62,661 nt of DNA, filler included, from Diploschistes diacapsis (GCA_023645945.1; 17 parts of 17 records of this genome joined end to end with filler, not necessarily neighbours in it); one strand, 5' to 3'; shown: positions 37,777 to 52,054, numbered from the whole stretch's first letter. The notes: generated by a model not told the origin, from the sequence alone. A program made the numbers and translations.

Positions 37777-39213
37777 GAGGATGATGGTGTCTTGGGGGAG
37801 AATGGGGATTTGGGGTTGAGAGAGGGTGAAGCGGGTTAGGGGGAGGTGGAAGAGGAGTTTGCTGATGACGAGGAGAGATGTGACGGGAACCGAGATGAGG
37901 GAGAGAGAAGCGAGGGATGCTGTTTGGTGAGAGGAGGACAAGGAGGAAAGGCCTTGCGAGGTAATTCCTGGGAGATAGGCGAGGCGTAGGGAGGTGAGAG
38001 GACGGATGGAGAGGAGGGTCAAGTCGTTGAAGTCGTCGGTATCGAAGGAGGAGACGGAGAGGTGAGTCAGGGAGGGGAGGATCCGGAACATGGAGACGAA
38101 GACGCCGTGCTCGACAATGGCGCCAGGTTGGCCGTGCACCACAAGGGTTGTAAGAGATGGCCAAGAGGTGTGGTAGCCTAGGAATGTGGATGTTTGCTCA
38201 AGGTTCATGATCCCAGGCGGGAGTTGCCAGGTGGATCTATCCGATATCTCTTCATTTTCCCCAATAATCCAAATGTGCTCTTTTAGCTTCTTACGGGTTG
38301 ACAGAGCGTGATACAAGCGGGAAAAGTAGTGGTCATAGCTTGGATGGAACCCCGTTAGCTTCTCGAGATTTGGGCAGGTCATAATCACGGAAGCGACTAA
38401 ATCCATTATCTGCGCGGTAAGGGACCCGTTGGACAATGGATTGGAGACCCGAAGCTCCTGCACTGTCTCCCCTAGCGAACGGCGTCCTCGGAGCGTCCGA
38501 CGCAGGAGTTTCAATCGTACGCCAGAAGAGAGCTTGTATCTTTTTAATTGAGCAGGGGCATCTACGCCATCCAGGTGAATCTGCGTGTAAAGTTCCCTTT
38601 TTACTGCCCTATCCCAAGCTCGACACACCAGTGCCATACTAAAGGCATCCCGGTTGAAGCAGCTTGAGCAGCTCAACGAGTTTGGAGCCTCATGGATGGC
38701 ACGTAGTTGCTGGAGGATGCAGACCAGGACCTCTGCCGGAAGACTCTGCTGCTTAGAGAATGCCGGAGCAATAACTGAAGAGACACTTGACCTCCTAGGC
38801 CTCCTCAGCTCGAATCGACCCGATAGAGATGCTGGTTGCCAGGAAGGGCGACGGGATACCGGCGGTGAAGTTATGGCGGTCTCGGCGGACCTAGCCGATG
38901 AAATGGAAGTTCTGTAAGATCCATGGTCGGATAATGAGTTTGAGGTACCATCCAGATTGGGATAGGAATCGAGCGCGTTTATATTATGGACATTACGATC
39001 AATCTTGGAAGATGGGACTGAAAGACTAGAACCTGGCCGAACTCGAGGCCGAAGGATATCCTCGACAGTATTACGACTGAGACACTGTCAGCCTCGGACA
39101 AGAGCCTGATACGAGATGTCTCGAGAAAGCGCAGCTTAAACAGCAGCCACCACAACTTACTGATTAGGCAAAGTATGATTCGGCGGTAGAGAGAGTCGCC
39201 GGTTGGCATGCAT
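37777..39213 (-). CDS. F-box protein with LRR-like C-terminal region; 2 exons, 3' truncated at the contig end
   Basis: LPAEVLVCILQQL F-box start and LVCRAWDRAVKRELY, followed by LxxLxL repeats (LTHLSV, LTSLRL, LASLSL). Intron GTAAGT...GCTGAC...CTCAG (~39077-39160) gives the start MHANRRLSLPP at 39213. Confidence 0.8.
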
Positions 39214-40638
39214 TCTGCCGGCGCTCTGGACTGTAAATATATGACATTTAAGTCAGGAAGATAACCAAAGATGAAGAATTATTATTAGTATTATCGATTA
39301 AGAACAATACACGGACGACATAATGAAACTTCCCACACGAAAAGTAAGCCTGGACTGACACTGACAGCAAAGAAGCGAAACAAGACGGTATACCAGGTAC
39401 TGATAAGTTCTTCGTTCATCTGGATTGGAGTTGGGGGGTTACAGTAAAGGTAAGTTAGATTTGAATCCAAATGTGTCAATAACGGTTGCCAATGCTGCCG
39501 AGTTACTTCGTGTCACAGCCTGCTCGACATGATCGACAACAAGCTCTCTCACGCTCCAGATCTTCTTGGCTGGCAGAACCGGAGATGTATTGACATTTCA
39601 AGCCACACTGCGCCACCTACATGTAGCGAGCGCCACTAGGGCTCAGGTTCAACGTCAAGTTGATGCCATTAGATGAAGGATAGCAGACTTGTATGGTTGT
39701 GGCCTTTGCTTGTTGCTCAAAAAGCTTGCAGTACATCACTCATGCCTGGTTATTCTTTTCTATGAAGGTGGTGTTTTGCTCTTTCCAAGCATCCTATTCC
39801 ATCTCCAAGCGAAAGGCTATGTATGAGACATGACATATCAAACAACATGACAAGAATCGTTCCTGACATACATACTTCGTGTTCTTTCTCACGATGGGAA
39901 TATACCAGTCCCTCAGCGGCCAACCCAACGATGTCTGATCCATTTGATTTACAGTCTGCTAGATCCCCTTGTCACGAGAACAAAACCGTATAATAGGTCT
40001 GGAAGAGCTGCGTCTTTGGCAGCTCAACGTCAAGGTTCTCTACTGCTAGCAGGTACTCTCGATACACTGTTCCAATTTCTCAATCAGCTGGTAATTATCG
40101 TCTCGAGGGACTCTGGATATTACTATGGCCTTTATTGTTCTTCCTAACCCCTTAGTGATTCAGCTACCACGATTCAGCAATGACTCCCCACTTGATAACT
40201 TTGTGGAATGGTCTTAAAGCATTGTTTTTCGTTTTCATCCTGGTGTTCTCTTGACAGGCTTCGCTTCTGATCCTCCCTTGTCAATTATCACCACATCCAG
40301 CGGCAAAACATAGAGGCTCTACTACAAGCGAACGAATGATCAAAGAAATAAGAACATGGTTGACAAGAATGAACTTGCTTGGAATGTTGCCCTCCTAAAA
40401 AGGGAGCCCCTGAAACCGCAGTTATCAGGTTTGGGCGAGACTACATGTTAGTTATCCTCCAATGGGTCTCAGTCTCTGCTGATCGAATTCAGTCAGCTGT
40501 TCCCTTTCCTTCCCAGGGTCAGCGGCCCGAGTCAATCCTTATTGGCACCAGAAGATGAAACCCGCCCTGGCCTTAGGTAAGCTGTTGCGTTTACACACAA
40601 ATTAAAACAATCTAAATGAAATAGCCAACTGGCGCAGA

Positions 40639-40920
40639 ATGTCGTCTCTGGAACCACAAGCTGGAGGTGGTTCAGGAGCACCCGTAGCTGGTGTTGGAGA
40701 GACGGACACTGGGCCCGATGCAGTCGCAAGACAAGACCGGGCCAAGACTAAGGCGAAGGGGGCAAAGGACTGTCATGAGAAGACACTAGGCAGCCGGGAG
40801 GATCAGGAGGAGGACGCTCAGAAGACGGAAATCCAGGAAGTGGACGACCAGGGGGAGGAAGAAGAAGACACCGATTGGGAAAGCGATGGGGGGGTGGAGT
40901 TACCAAGCGGATCATACTGA
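40639..40920 (+). CDS. Possible terminal exon of a small acidic hypothetical protein
   Basis: 93-aa acidic ORF preceded by an intron-like GTAAGC...CTAAAT...TAG (40577-40625). No family recognised. Confidence 0.3.
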   Translation: MSSLEPQAGGGSGAPVAGVGETDTGPDAVARQDRAKTKAKGAKDCHEKTLGSREDQEEDAQKTEIQEVDDQGEEEEDTDWESDGGVELPSGSY

Positions 40921-41171
40921 TCCATAGCGAATGTCGTTTCTACATCCAATATAAGTGACCGTGGAGACCAACACTCTAAAGTGGGCACTGTATGTAAACT
41001 CCGGAAATTGACACAACTATACAGATCTGCATAACATTGTTCATAGCAAAGAGAAAAATGGTGCAAGCTCTAAACATTGTGGTTTGACCATTGCATTTGC
41101 CTTATCTCACATGATAGTAAAAAATCCTAGCTAGAGCCCAACCATGCGGTCAATCATTTGTAGGGGAATCA

Positions 41172-41782
41172 TCAGAACCCTACAGGACGTTAGCTTGAAC
41201 GTATCCAAGAAGCCAACGGTCATACTTAATGAGGTAAAGAACCATCTATTCCTACCGCTAGTATAGCGCTCTTCTAAAGTCTTCTTCACAGCCTTCTTTG
41301 CCTCCTCCCTTTGGGACGTCTCCTTGAATGTGTCATTCGACACCACCCCTTTCAGTCCCTCCAACTCTAAGTTGTAGCGAGTTGGCATGATATGGTTGTA
41401 GTTGACGACCTTGATGAACGGCTTAATTTTGCTGCATTTCGCTTGGCGGGTTTTTGACATTCGCCTCGTGATGGGCGTAGGATAGCGCTCGATTCCAGCA
41501 ACGAGGGCATGAGGGAACGGGTGCGACTTAGTGCCGGTGTCTTGTTGCTGGATAATAACGACCTAGATGGCGGTCGTTGTAAGCTCTTCTGTCACCTCCT
41601 TACACGAACAAATAAGGAACAAGCCTAAGGGTATACAGGAACATTGTCGAGCTTGCTGGTTCCATACCTTCTTTCCAGCGAACCGACCTCTTATGATGAT
41701 AGCGACTCTCCCCACTTTGAGGACTAGAATATACCTGATTAGCGATAGAAGATATATAGAGCCCGGCATACTTACACTTCAT
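41172..41782 (-). CDS. RPL27: 60S ribosomal protein L27 (eL27), 4 exons
   Basis: [49 protein letters not shown]...[19 protein letters not shown]...[10 protein letters not shown], with canonical introns. Confidence 0.97.
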
Positions 41783-42201
41783 GGTCAAAGGCTGCGCAGG
41801 TTAGTATCTGAAATGACGACGGTTTCTAGCTGTGAGTTGTCGTTGGAGATACCTACAATTTTCGGTGTGGGTTGCGGAGTTCCACGGTCTACATGATTGG
41901 CCGAAACTAGCGAGTACACGCTTACTACTCTAAGACTAGAGTGTTTACCTCCCGCTTTTCTTTCGGTTAGATCGTTCCCCGATTGTTTACTTTGATAGTG
42001 AACCTCACTGCATTAATTGTCCTTCTCATCTGAGAGTCTTCTTGCTCAAAAGCCCATGTTACGACATTACCTTGCTCTTCGCAAGTCATCCTAGATCTAG
42101 CGCCGCTCATGTCATCAATTTTGTGCCAAAGACGCGAGGTTTTTCCATAATCACCGCGAACATTCCGCTTCACATTCCAGAGACGGTGGAGAAGTGACGA
42201 G

Positions 42202-45200
42202 ATGTCTCAAGTAAGGGAAGGATCCCGTGACCGAGAAATGGTGCTACGGCATCAACACTCTTTCTCCGAATCAGTTTCAAGTCGAGCCTCGATTCCCATG
42301 TACGCACTCCTCTCAGTAAGGTTCGAAAGGTTTGTTCGATGAAACTGACATGGCCTTGGCGCAAACGTAGGTGGGACAGTTCCGATCCAGATCGCGCTCC
42401 GCCTCCGCTTCCACTCAACCCTGGGGTATCGAGTCCAGTCACCAAACCGAACACGTCGGCAACTGTAGCGGCAGCAGCTGAAGCCATTGCGTCTCGCATG
42501 CGCGAGAGTCAATATGTTACCAATCTCCCTCCCGAAAAGTCGCCCGAAAAGTCCTTGATGAAAGGTCAATATCATAAGCGAATGCAGTCTATCCAAGGTA
42601 ATAGCTCCGTGAGAGATCTAAGCAGCTACCTGGAGAATTCGCGATCCACCAATCGATCACCCGAGCGGTCACCGGAGCGAGCCCGTACGCCTCTAGACTT
42701 CGAGAATAAACTTGCAGAGAGAAGTCCGACAAGATCAGGGACGCCAACGCCTATGCCAAAGGATCCAAGCAAAGATGCGCCGACTCTGCGGCCTTCGTCT
42801 CGGCCACCTCTAAAGGCAATTCTTGGCGAGTCGTCGCCGCAGTCCGCCACAATGCGTGCCCTACAGGCAACCCCCACTGACGAACGGGACGCGCTGTTAC
42901 CAAACGCAGCCAACACCTCGAATTCTCTCATACGAACTCCGCCATCCTTCGATGCGATATCCTCTCAGATTCTCAGCCTGACGACCATTGCGACAAACCT
43001 ACAACGAGAGATGGCACAGCTCAGTCGCAGAAGTAAGGACAATGCGATGGATTTGAACAATCTAAAGGACGCCACCAATGCTCGCGACGAGGACATTCGC
43101 AAAAGCTTACGGGATCTGGTGGCCAATCTGAACACCAAATCTTCAGACAGCGAAGGCGAGCGAATGAAAGGCTTCCCATTCAATCGAAGTAGTGGCCCAT
43201 TCTACCTCGAAGACAAGGTAAACACCTCGCCCAACGTACCAAAGAGCATCTCGCTACCACGAATCCCAAGCCCTGCCAGCTTTTCTGCAAGCCTCGACCG
43301 GGAACTGATAGCCACAACCCCCAATCCTTATTCTGTCGATGGAGCGGCTGCAATAGCTTTGCTTGAAAAGATACTGCGCGAAATGGGGACCAAGGAAGGC
43401 CAGGAAAGGCTAGTGAATTCATTATCTGAGCTTGTTGAACGAACTCCAAGCACTGATTCGTCGCCAAACATCTCAAAGCAACTAGAAGACATTATGAAGT
43501 TGCTGAAAGAAAGCCCTGACAGCCGAGCATTGGTCCGGGCTGGACCTTCAAATGCAACCCTGCCAAAGGCTTCCCAGATGGAATACGATTATGCAACTCA
43601 TCCGGCGGTTGCCCTTGCGCGCGCCGGACGCAGCGTCTCTGGGACTGCAGCTGTGCCTCCTGGGGTTACGTTAAGCAGCAATACCCGAGCCATCGACGTT
43701 CTCAATGACGACGTGATGAAGTTGCTGAAGAGAATGAAGGATAGCATCACCGAAGGTGGCGGAATGAGTGCGGAGATAAAGGCTCTTGTTCGTGAATTGC
43801 GGGGCGAGGTCCTTGGTATGGGACGTGAAATTGGGCGAAAGCTCGAGCAAGCAGAATCGACGTCCAAGAACGATGCCAGACCGTATGCTCAAGGACCAGG
43901 ACGGGAAGAAGTCGCGCGCATTGTTGAAGAAGGGCTTGCTGAACTGAGAGAACACATGGACCATGTCATGCGAGAGCATCGTCGGCAGTCCTCATCCTCT
44001 ATAACTTCGCGCAATGCAGTTGATACACAAGAGGTATACGCTGTTGTCAAGAATGCTCTTGGCGAACTTCGGATCCCAGAGCCAAACCAAGGGCGGGGAA
44101 TCGAGCGAGAAGAGATCCTGGAGGCTGTGCGCGAGGCCTGGGAGACATATAAACCGGAGATAGAGCTGCAAAATTTTGGCCTTGAAAGGGACGAGATTCT
44201 CGAGTGTTTGAAAGAGGGTCTTCAAGACTATAAGTCTCAAGATGCCGTCCGCGAAATCCATGGAGCATCGTTTGAGGAGGTTCTCGATGCTGTGAAGATG
44301 GGTCTGCAAGACTTCAAACCACCAATGCCTGTCGAAACTGAAGCATCGATCACACGCGAGGAAATTATTGTGACGGTTCGTGAATGTCTAGAGTCATTCG
44401 AGTTTCCTACGAACAGTCTATCGAGAGAAAGGGAGCCAGAAATCACCCGCGAGGATGTATTTGAGGCGGTCAAGGAAGGCCTACTTACACATGCGCCTCT
44501 ATCCAAAGAACTGGGATTCAATCGCGAAGATCTCTTTGACGCTGTGAGAGCTGGTCTGGAAGTAGCTTCCACACCAATGAACGGCGTCGGCGAACAGGTG
44601 CTTGACAAAATGCAGGATCTTATTGAAGGTATGCGTGGAGAGTTCCAACAGTATTCAGCAGCAAATGGCAGAGACACGGAACAGGTACTGGATGCCATGA
44701 AGGACGGCCTGGAAGTCCTGCGTGCGAGTATTGAAACGTACGTAGACAGAGCCTCGGATGTCACTGGTAAGGATGAGATAGTCGAAACCGTCAAGGTTGG
44801 GCTAGAAAACTTGCGAATCGACCTGGAAGGCACAATCGCAAACTCGCGCGGCGATTCAGGCCCAACAAGCAGCGCGGAACTTCTAGATGTCATGGAGAAA
44901 GAATTTGAACATCTGCGAGTAACAATCTCTTCGTCCGTCACTCGTGGAGAAAGCTCAGTCGGTGGCCGAGAAGAGTTGCTCGACGCAATCAGAGAAGGAT
45001 TCGACGAGTTGAAGGACTCAAGCTCTCGCAGCCTCGTCGGTGGGACAATGACAGAAGACTCCGTCAAAGAAGAGTTGAGACACCTGCGTGAAACGCTCGC
45101 AACAACAATCATCAAAGGTGGGGACTCTATTGATAGGGAAGAAATCCTTGAGACAATCCGCGAGGGCATTGACCGAATGCAACTTGAAAAGCAAGCGAGT

Positions 45201-48200
45201 GGCAGAACAGAGAGTATCGTGTCCAACACGAGTGAGCTTCTGGATGCCTTCCATGAGGGCCTCGATGGCCTAAAGGCTGATGTTGAACGTGTCATCAACA
45301 AAGAAGGATTGGAAGGTATTAGGTCTGACATCGAACGAGTTCTAAGCGAAATAAACAAGCCTATCGATATGACTGTCAACTACGAGATTCTCGAAATGCT
45401 TAAAGACGGCCTTGCTAGTGTTCGAGCCGACATCGATCGTCTAGCCACGGAACAGACAGGACAGATGGTAAACATATCGTCTGAAGGGAGAGAAGTGGTC
45501 GTAGCGGACGAAAACCCACCTAAGGCTATATCACAACCAGATATTGAGAACCTTGAGGTTATGATCACCCAACTTAAGATCAAAGTCGAGGCACTTGACA
45601 ACCAGCCACCTGTTCAATCGGCGGTCCCCGAAGATGCAGCTTTGAAGGGTGACGTTGCCCGCTTGGAAGAGATGCTGAAAGAGCTTCAGACAACAATTAC
45701 TGTAGTAGCTAGTCGTGACAGAAGTGCCCCTGAGGATGCTGCGAAAAGGGAGGATGTGAACGCCATTGAAACCATTTTGATGAACACAAAGGCCAAGCTG
45801 GATGAAATGATCTTCCCGGACACAAAGATGATGGCTAGAGCAGAACAATTTGACTCACTGGAGGTAGGCCTGAAAGACGCAAAAGACAGTATTGACGACC
45901 TCAGACTGCGATATGAGGACACCGCAGCCACAAAGGAAGATATTGGACTTATCGAAGCGATTGTTAAAGAGCTACAGGCAGGCTTTGAGGATATCCGTGA
46001 GAAAGCGGGCGAAGACAGCATTAGACGACCAGATATCGAAGCCCTCGAAGCCCTTTGTGTCGACACGCAAACTCAAATGCGAGAGATTGTCCCTGAGGGT
46101 GAATCAGTAGCTTCAAAGGCTAATGTTCACGAGTTGCAGACGCTTGTAAAGGAGTTCCATGAAAGAACTGAAGCGTTCCAGGAGAAGGTAGCCATGGACG
46201 CAGACATGACCGCACAGGCCTTCGAAGCCCGTAAGATAGAGCACGGAGGCATTGCTGACAAGATTGAAGAAGTCAAAGGTTTCCTTGACGACGTTCGCGT
46301 TGAGCTGAAATCAAAGATTGAGGGAAGCGGTCAAGGGATAGAGGGCATTGCAATCACCTTGACTGCATTAGGTGAAGCACTTACAGCAGCCAGTTCAGCC
46401 GAAAATATCAAGGAGATGAAAGAGACCCTTGAAGGCCGATTGGATCAGCTACAGGAAAGCCATGAGAGCGCTAGGTCTGATCTAGAGGCGCACCGGGACA
46501 ACTTACTTGGGAAGCACGACGAGCACAAGTCCGCTATCGTTGACGAACTCAGAACAAAGATCGACGCTCGGTTTGATGAGATTATGACCAAATACGACGA
46601 TGCTCAACTCTCTTCGAACGCAAAAGCTGCCGCTCTAGATGAGAAGAGTAACGAGAGCAAAGAGGCCATTACGAGCACGAAGATGATAGCCGAAGATTTG
46701 AAGCTTCTTATTGATACCCTTGGTTTGACGGTCACGGAATCTTGCGGCAACATAAGTGAAGACAGCAAAACAGTGTTCAATAAGGTTGAAGATCTTGCCA
46801 GCAAGTTAGACAATGGATTTACGGCCCTGACCGCAGACGGCAAGGAGGATCACCAGCTTACCCGCACTGAGCTCTCTAAGACTGCAGTTCTCGTTGAGAG
46901 TCTTCAAGCAAACATTGCCGAGCATAATCCAAAGCTCTTAGCTGCCGTCAATGATGTCTTCAGCATCATAAGCAGGCACTTTGAGGATGCGCAGAAATCT
47001 ACGGAAGAGATCAAGACCAGTGTTAGAGAGATCCCAAACACCTTTCCGGCTCTCCCTGCTCCAGTGGCTTCTCCTACCGAGGAGAGGGTGCTTCAACTGC
47101 CTGAAAAATACGACGACTCGGAAGTGCATGACAAACTCGACAGGCTGTTTGAGCTTACGGCAGAAGCAGGAAAGACCGCTGTGGAATTTGACGTGCTCGA
47201 GCAGATCAAGAGCCAGGTCACAAAGACTGCTTTAGATCTGGAATCTTTTGTCAAGTCTCAGCTTGCTTTGACAGCCGATGCTCAAGAGTCTAGAGCACGT
47301 GAGGCAGAAGAGGCTGCTATTGCATTGGAAAAGCGTGTTGCTCAGAAAGAAGTCGTTGAAGGCGATGCTGTTCGGCTCCAGCACGAAAAGACAAAGTTGG
47401 AGACTTCCGTCTCTGACCTTGCAACGTCAGTAGAAAGCTTGAGACAAGAAGAAAAAGAGATGATGAGTCTCAAAGCCAAGCTGCAAGCGGAGCTCTCCAG
47501 CATCGAGACAGCACTTCGGATTCGTAGAGAAGAGATGCACATCATGGAGAGCCGAGCGGAACGCCTTGAGAAGAGGATCATCGAAGGCGTTATGGACCAT
47601 TCTCGTGCCTTGCTTCTGTCTAGCAAGCCTCAGACGAGTCTTAACGCGATGAATCTAAAAAGGGTAGCGAGCGCGGCATCCTCAAACTTGACGGCAGTGG
47701 CAGCGGATACCAAATCAACGAAATCGAAAACATTGTTGCCTACGAAGCCTGTCCCCTCGGCTGTTCCCAGCGCAGTCAGTAGCGCTGTTGGCAAAGCTCT
47801 GAAGAAGAGGCAGGCGCCTTCCGCCACGGGTAGTCCTTCATCAAACACCAGAACCAACCGCCGGATCCTCAGTCTCAGCACAATCAGTGGGAACAAAGCT
47901 GCTTCAAATCGATCCATGGGTCTAGCTGAGCCTTCGGCATTAGCCAAACACACCTTGACAAACAGTGCTGGCGGCCTCAAGCGTAGTCACAGCGCCAAGT
48001 CCAACTTTCCTAGCCGCAAGTCGAGCTGGAATGGTTCGAAGCAGATCGGACTCTACGGTGACAACCGTCCCGAGACAGACAAAGAGAACAGTGTTTTGGA
48101 AGAGGAAGAGGAAGAAGGGAGCGATGGTGGGACGGAGCGTAGGTCAAGCTTCACGGGAACATACGCCACTACAGATTTCGGCGCCGAGAGCTATGCCACG

Positions 48201-48539
48201 GAGAGCGCCACCGATAGCGCTGTTGATGATAGGAGAATGAGCTTCGCTGCCTCATCTACCGTGGGTACCCTCGGAACGGGTGAGCCTAGTGTTCTAGAAG
48301 ACGATGATGCTGGATCGAGGGTCGATGAGGGTCAGAGCGAGAGTGAGGGGCAAGAAAGTGATGGTCAAATGCAATTGTATACTGGCGATGCAGTTCACGA
48401 GAGAGACTTGGGGGACGGGACAAAGAACATGGTCCTCTATCCTTCGGATAGCGGCCTAGGAACAGAGCCTCCGACGGCGGCTTTGGATGGAGGCGGAGCG
48501 TATTTCAGGGCAGGAGGGGAAAGTGTCCATGCTGAGTGA
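42202..48539 (+). CDS. Large (~2090 aa) coiled-coil protein of filamentous ascomycetes; true start upstream of the called ORF
   Basis: 6.2-kb uninterrupted exon. Intron 42300-42370 (GTACGC...ACTGAC...TAG) gives MSQVREGS...SIPMWDSSDPDRAPPPLPLNP. Long heptad-rich regions and no P-loop seen. Confidence 0.85.
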
Positions 48540-48938
48540 AGACTAAGAGACACCGCTTTTAGTTTTCCAGCGATGGCGTTCAGTGATGATATTTTTGTGG
48601 TTTTTGCATCTTGGTTTGCAGCGTTTCCATCAGGTACTGGGAGACGCTTTGTAGGTAGCTGCACCACTGGACATGAGAAACAAGACATTGTTATATTTTT
48701 TGAACAAACTCGTGAATCTTGAGTTTTCGAGCTTACTGGATGTTTGTCAACACCATTCTAAGCAAATTTAATGAGCAAAGAGGGTCATCCTTAAGATGTG
48801 GACAATACGATAGACTATTATCAACTATGAGCCCGATTGCGAGATAGATATATAACCAAGCCTACCCGCAATCCGATGCCTTCTTTCAGTCCTCAAGTAA
48901 TACTCGTAATCTAGACCTTTTCTTGGAGCCCCCACCAC

Positions 48939-50230
48939 ATGGAACATATAACAAGAAGCGATATGTCAACTGCAGACAACTATCCATCATCTCCTTTTAG
49001 AAGCTGCAGGCCTATCGTGACCGTTTTTACTCCTAGGAGCATGACTGCCTCAGTCGAGAAGATTGAGACAGTGAGCTACGTCAACCACACAGACGAACCA
49101 GAGCGTCGCAAGATTTCTCCGAGGAGATACAGAAAGGCGATGCCGTTGACGAAAACATTACAGATCCAGTTAAGTGGCCATTATGGTATAAGTGGGTCGT
49201 TGTTGCGCTGGTAGCAGCAATGGACCTGCTCGAGAGTGCACAAGTAATTCTGTTTGCATTTGCTGTAACCGAACATGCCTTCATTCGGCTTCCTCCCTTA
49301 TCTGTCACACTATTTAGCTAAATGTATATAGCGCCTTCGCCATAACGACCATTATATCCGCCATGTCACAGGTTCTTCAGGAATTCCCATGTTGTAACGC
49401 TCTCCACTCAACACTCGCCGTATTGATATGAGAGCTTTGAGAAGGCCTTGGCCTATTTGTGATCGCCCCCCTCTCAGAGGTCTATGGGAGAGTGCCGGTG
49501 CACCATGTCGGAAATGTCCTGTTTTTTCTTTGCTTGGTAGCGCGGCCGTGAGCAGCAATATGTCTATGGTGATAGCTTTCGCTTTCTCACAACGACTTCC
49601 CTCGCTCTCACGCCGAGCATGATTGGGGGTGTGTTTGTCCAGGAAAGAAGAGGATCCGCCAGGGCGATAGCGCTGTGCTTCCCAATCATTGGCCCAGTAG
49701 AAGCGGCCATAGTCGGCAGCTACCTAGGGGTTAGAGTGAAGGATGGCGTGGACCATATGGTTCAATGCCATAGCTGCTGGTACTCTAATGTTTGTTTCTT
49801 TTTTTGCCATGCGCGAGACCTACAGACCTGCCATCTTACGGCGCCACTCCAAACACCACAGCAAGATCTTAGCAAGCATAGCTCATGGAGAGCAGGCTCC
49901 ACCACGGAATGATCGAATGCAATCCTTCTGCGACCGTTAAGAATCTTGCTCTTCTCGCCTATGGTATTCGTCGTTTCTTTCTATACGGCATTCTCCTACG
50001 GTGTTTCATATCTGATCTTAACGACGCTCACGGAAATCTTCCGAGGTTCCTATGGCTTTTCGCAAGGAGCGCGGGCCTTCTGTTTCTTGGGACAGGTTTG
50101 TTTTGCCTCAACCTCGACGTGCAATCCAAACGTAACTCACAATAGCTACCTTTCCTTGATTATTCTATCAGCTACTACTTGTAATGATGATTGTGTGGGA
50201 TTACTGTTACCTCTAACTGTCCAATAATAG
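48939..50230 (+). pseudogene. MFS drug:H+ antiporter (DHA1-type) pseudogene
   Basis: Fragments DPVKWPLWYKWVVV, PLSEVYGRVPVHHVGNVLF, MRETYRPAILRR and LFSPMVFVVSFYTAFSYGVSYLILTTL...YGFSQG lie in different frames with stops and frameshifts. The C-terminal half appears missing. Confidence 0.8.
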
Positions 50231-50779
50231 CGTGCTTCAGACCAAAGTATGCTTCCGGAGGTAAGTTGCATCAGATAAGATAAGATAAGATTCAACTCTA
50301 AACTAGAAAACTTGGCGATTCTTGGCACAGTGTCTTGGCTTACAATCAGTTCTCCAACCGACGACTCTCTTTCTCTTCTCTCCCATTACTCTCCACAATG
50401 TTTCCCAAAGCCTATTCAAACGAAAGCACTTTGGCCACAACATCCCTCACTAGGACAGTTCCAGACTTATGGAAGTATATGTCTCTCAAACTACACAATT
50501 CCCCTTGAAGTACATTGAGGTAGTCTGTCTGCTTGCATCTTCTTCTGGCTCTTAGAATGATTGAATGATTAAGCATAAGTTTCTTTTCGTTCTAGTAACT
50601 CTTTCAATTGATGATCAGATTGTACCTTTCGTGTGGAATCTCTCCAGAGATATGCTTTGTTTTCAGAAGTTAACAATTCACCAGTGGCCCTAGAGAGCTT
50701 ACAAATCTCACAAATGCAACACCGCCGGACTCCCGGGTTGAAGATGACAAGTATTTCCTGGCAAGGGGGTCTGTGGCCT

Positions 50780-52054
50780 CTAATCGCTCTTGCTCCGAAT
50801 GCTATGATCCGCCGATCTCCGGCAGACCTCTTTGCATCACATGATCCCTTCGCTCCTGCAAGGTCTTCCGGCGTAATTTGTCTCGTTGATTCCTTAGTCT
50901 TTGCCGTGTGGATCGTCGTTGGGATGCAAGCCGGTGTAGGATTTCGCGAATCGACGAGAATCTATCGTTGCGACCTGGGAATCTACAATGTTGAAGACAA
51001 TGCCTTGCTTACAGGAACCCCTATAGTGGGCTTTACATTGTTCGCCCTGATTCCCGCTGCCTCCTGCTTTGAACCTTTTGTTCGGAATGTCGGGCATCCC
51101 ATTGTCAAAACGTTGGGCTGCTACTTTCTTAACAGCCTACATTACTAGCGTTGTAGGAAGCACCTTCGGTGTACCATACGAGAAGCCTTCAAGACAACTT
51201 GCACGTCATCACAACTTCAATCTGAGTACGCGGCAAAGACTGGCGAAAATCCCTGGGATTCTGGGGCAGTTCGTACTTTGGGCTCTCATCACATAGGCAT
51301 ATTCTTGAATGGACTAGAAGCAGACTTGAATTCCCGACATGACGAATTCGTTCATGCGAGCAGCGAATTTGCACACCACGGTTTGATTGTCATATGGATC
51401 TTGCTCTGCATTTCTTAGTAAAAAAATATGGGGCTGTGGCTTTTCCTCTTGTTATCGGTTGGATGGTCTTCATCACCACGACTGCACCTGACTCAAATAG
51501 CTGCTGTAACCATTGCCGTTATTATCACGCTGCTTGTAAGCATTGCAATCACTCTTGGGGGGATTGCAGTGACAACACTAACGAGTTCAACCTTCAAATG
51601 GCTGGGAGACAAAATCTCCGGCTCAGATCATGCCAAGAATATTCCAGATTCTGACAATTCTGTCGTGGATCCTCCTCTGCCGACCGACAATGCGGTAGGC
51701 GATCCTTATCCGGCTATAGAGTTGCCTAATCTTAGTCGGCCAACTGCCGCACACATCCATGTGGCCAGGCATTTCGAAGATCGCTCCATGTCACCTCCGC
51801 TGCCTGAAGGGATAACCCTCTCTCGCCTTCGACGAGTACGATCAATCCACTTTCCACCGAGTCGGGCCGACCGATCGCAAACTGACCGACGCGCTTCCGC
51901 TGCCCTAGATACAGCTCTCGAGGAGGGGCGCCTCGGACTCCATGCCCCCCACGCTTCCACCTTGGCTACTCTGGACCCAGCTCGGAGTCGGCCGAACCAT
52001 CAGTCAGCTCGACGCTCACGTCGCCTCGCTGCTATGGCCCAGCGCCATTTTTGA
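50780..52054 (+). pseudogene. Degenerate or frameshifted membrane-protein gene of unknown family
   Basis: Hydrophobic TM-like segments are spread over three consecutive frames (ORFs 50633-51148, 51069-51296, 51428-52054) without clear introns between them. Confidence 0.4.

Noticed and set aside
44237..45379. 380-aa antisense ORF, and similar ones such as 55377-56246 and 57677-58313
   Set aside because: These are shadow frames of real genes on the opposite strand, with low-complexity translations.
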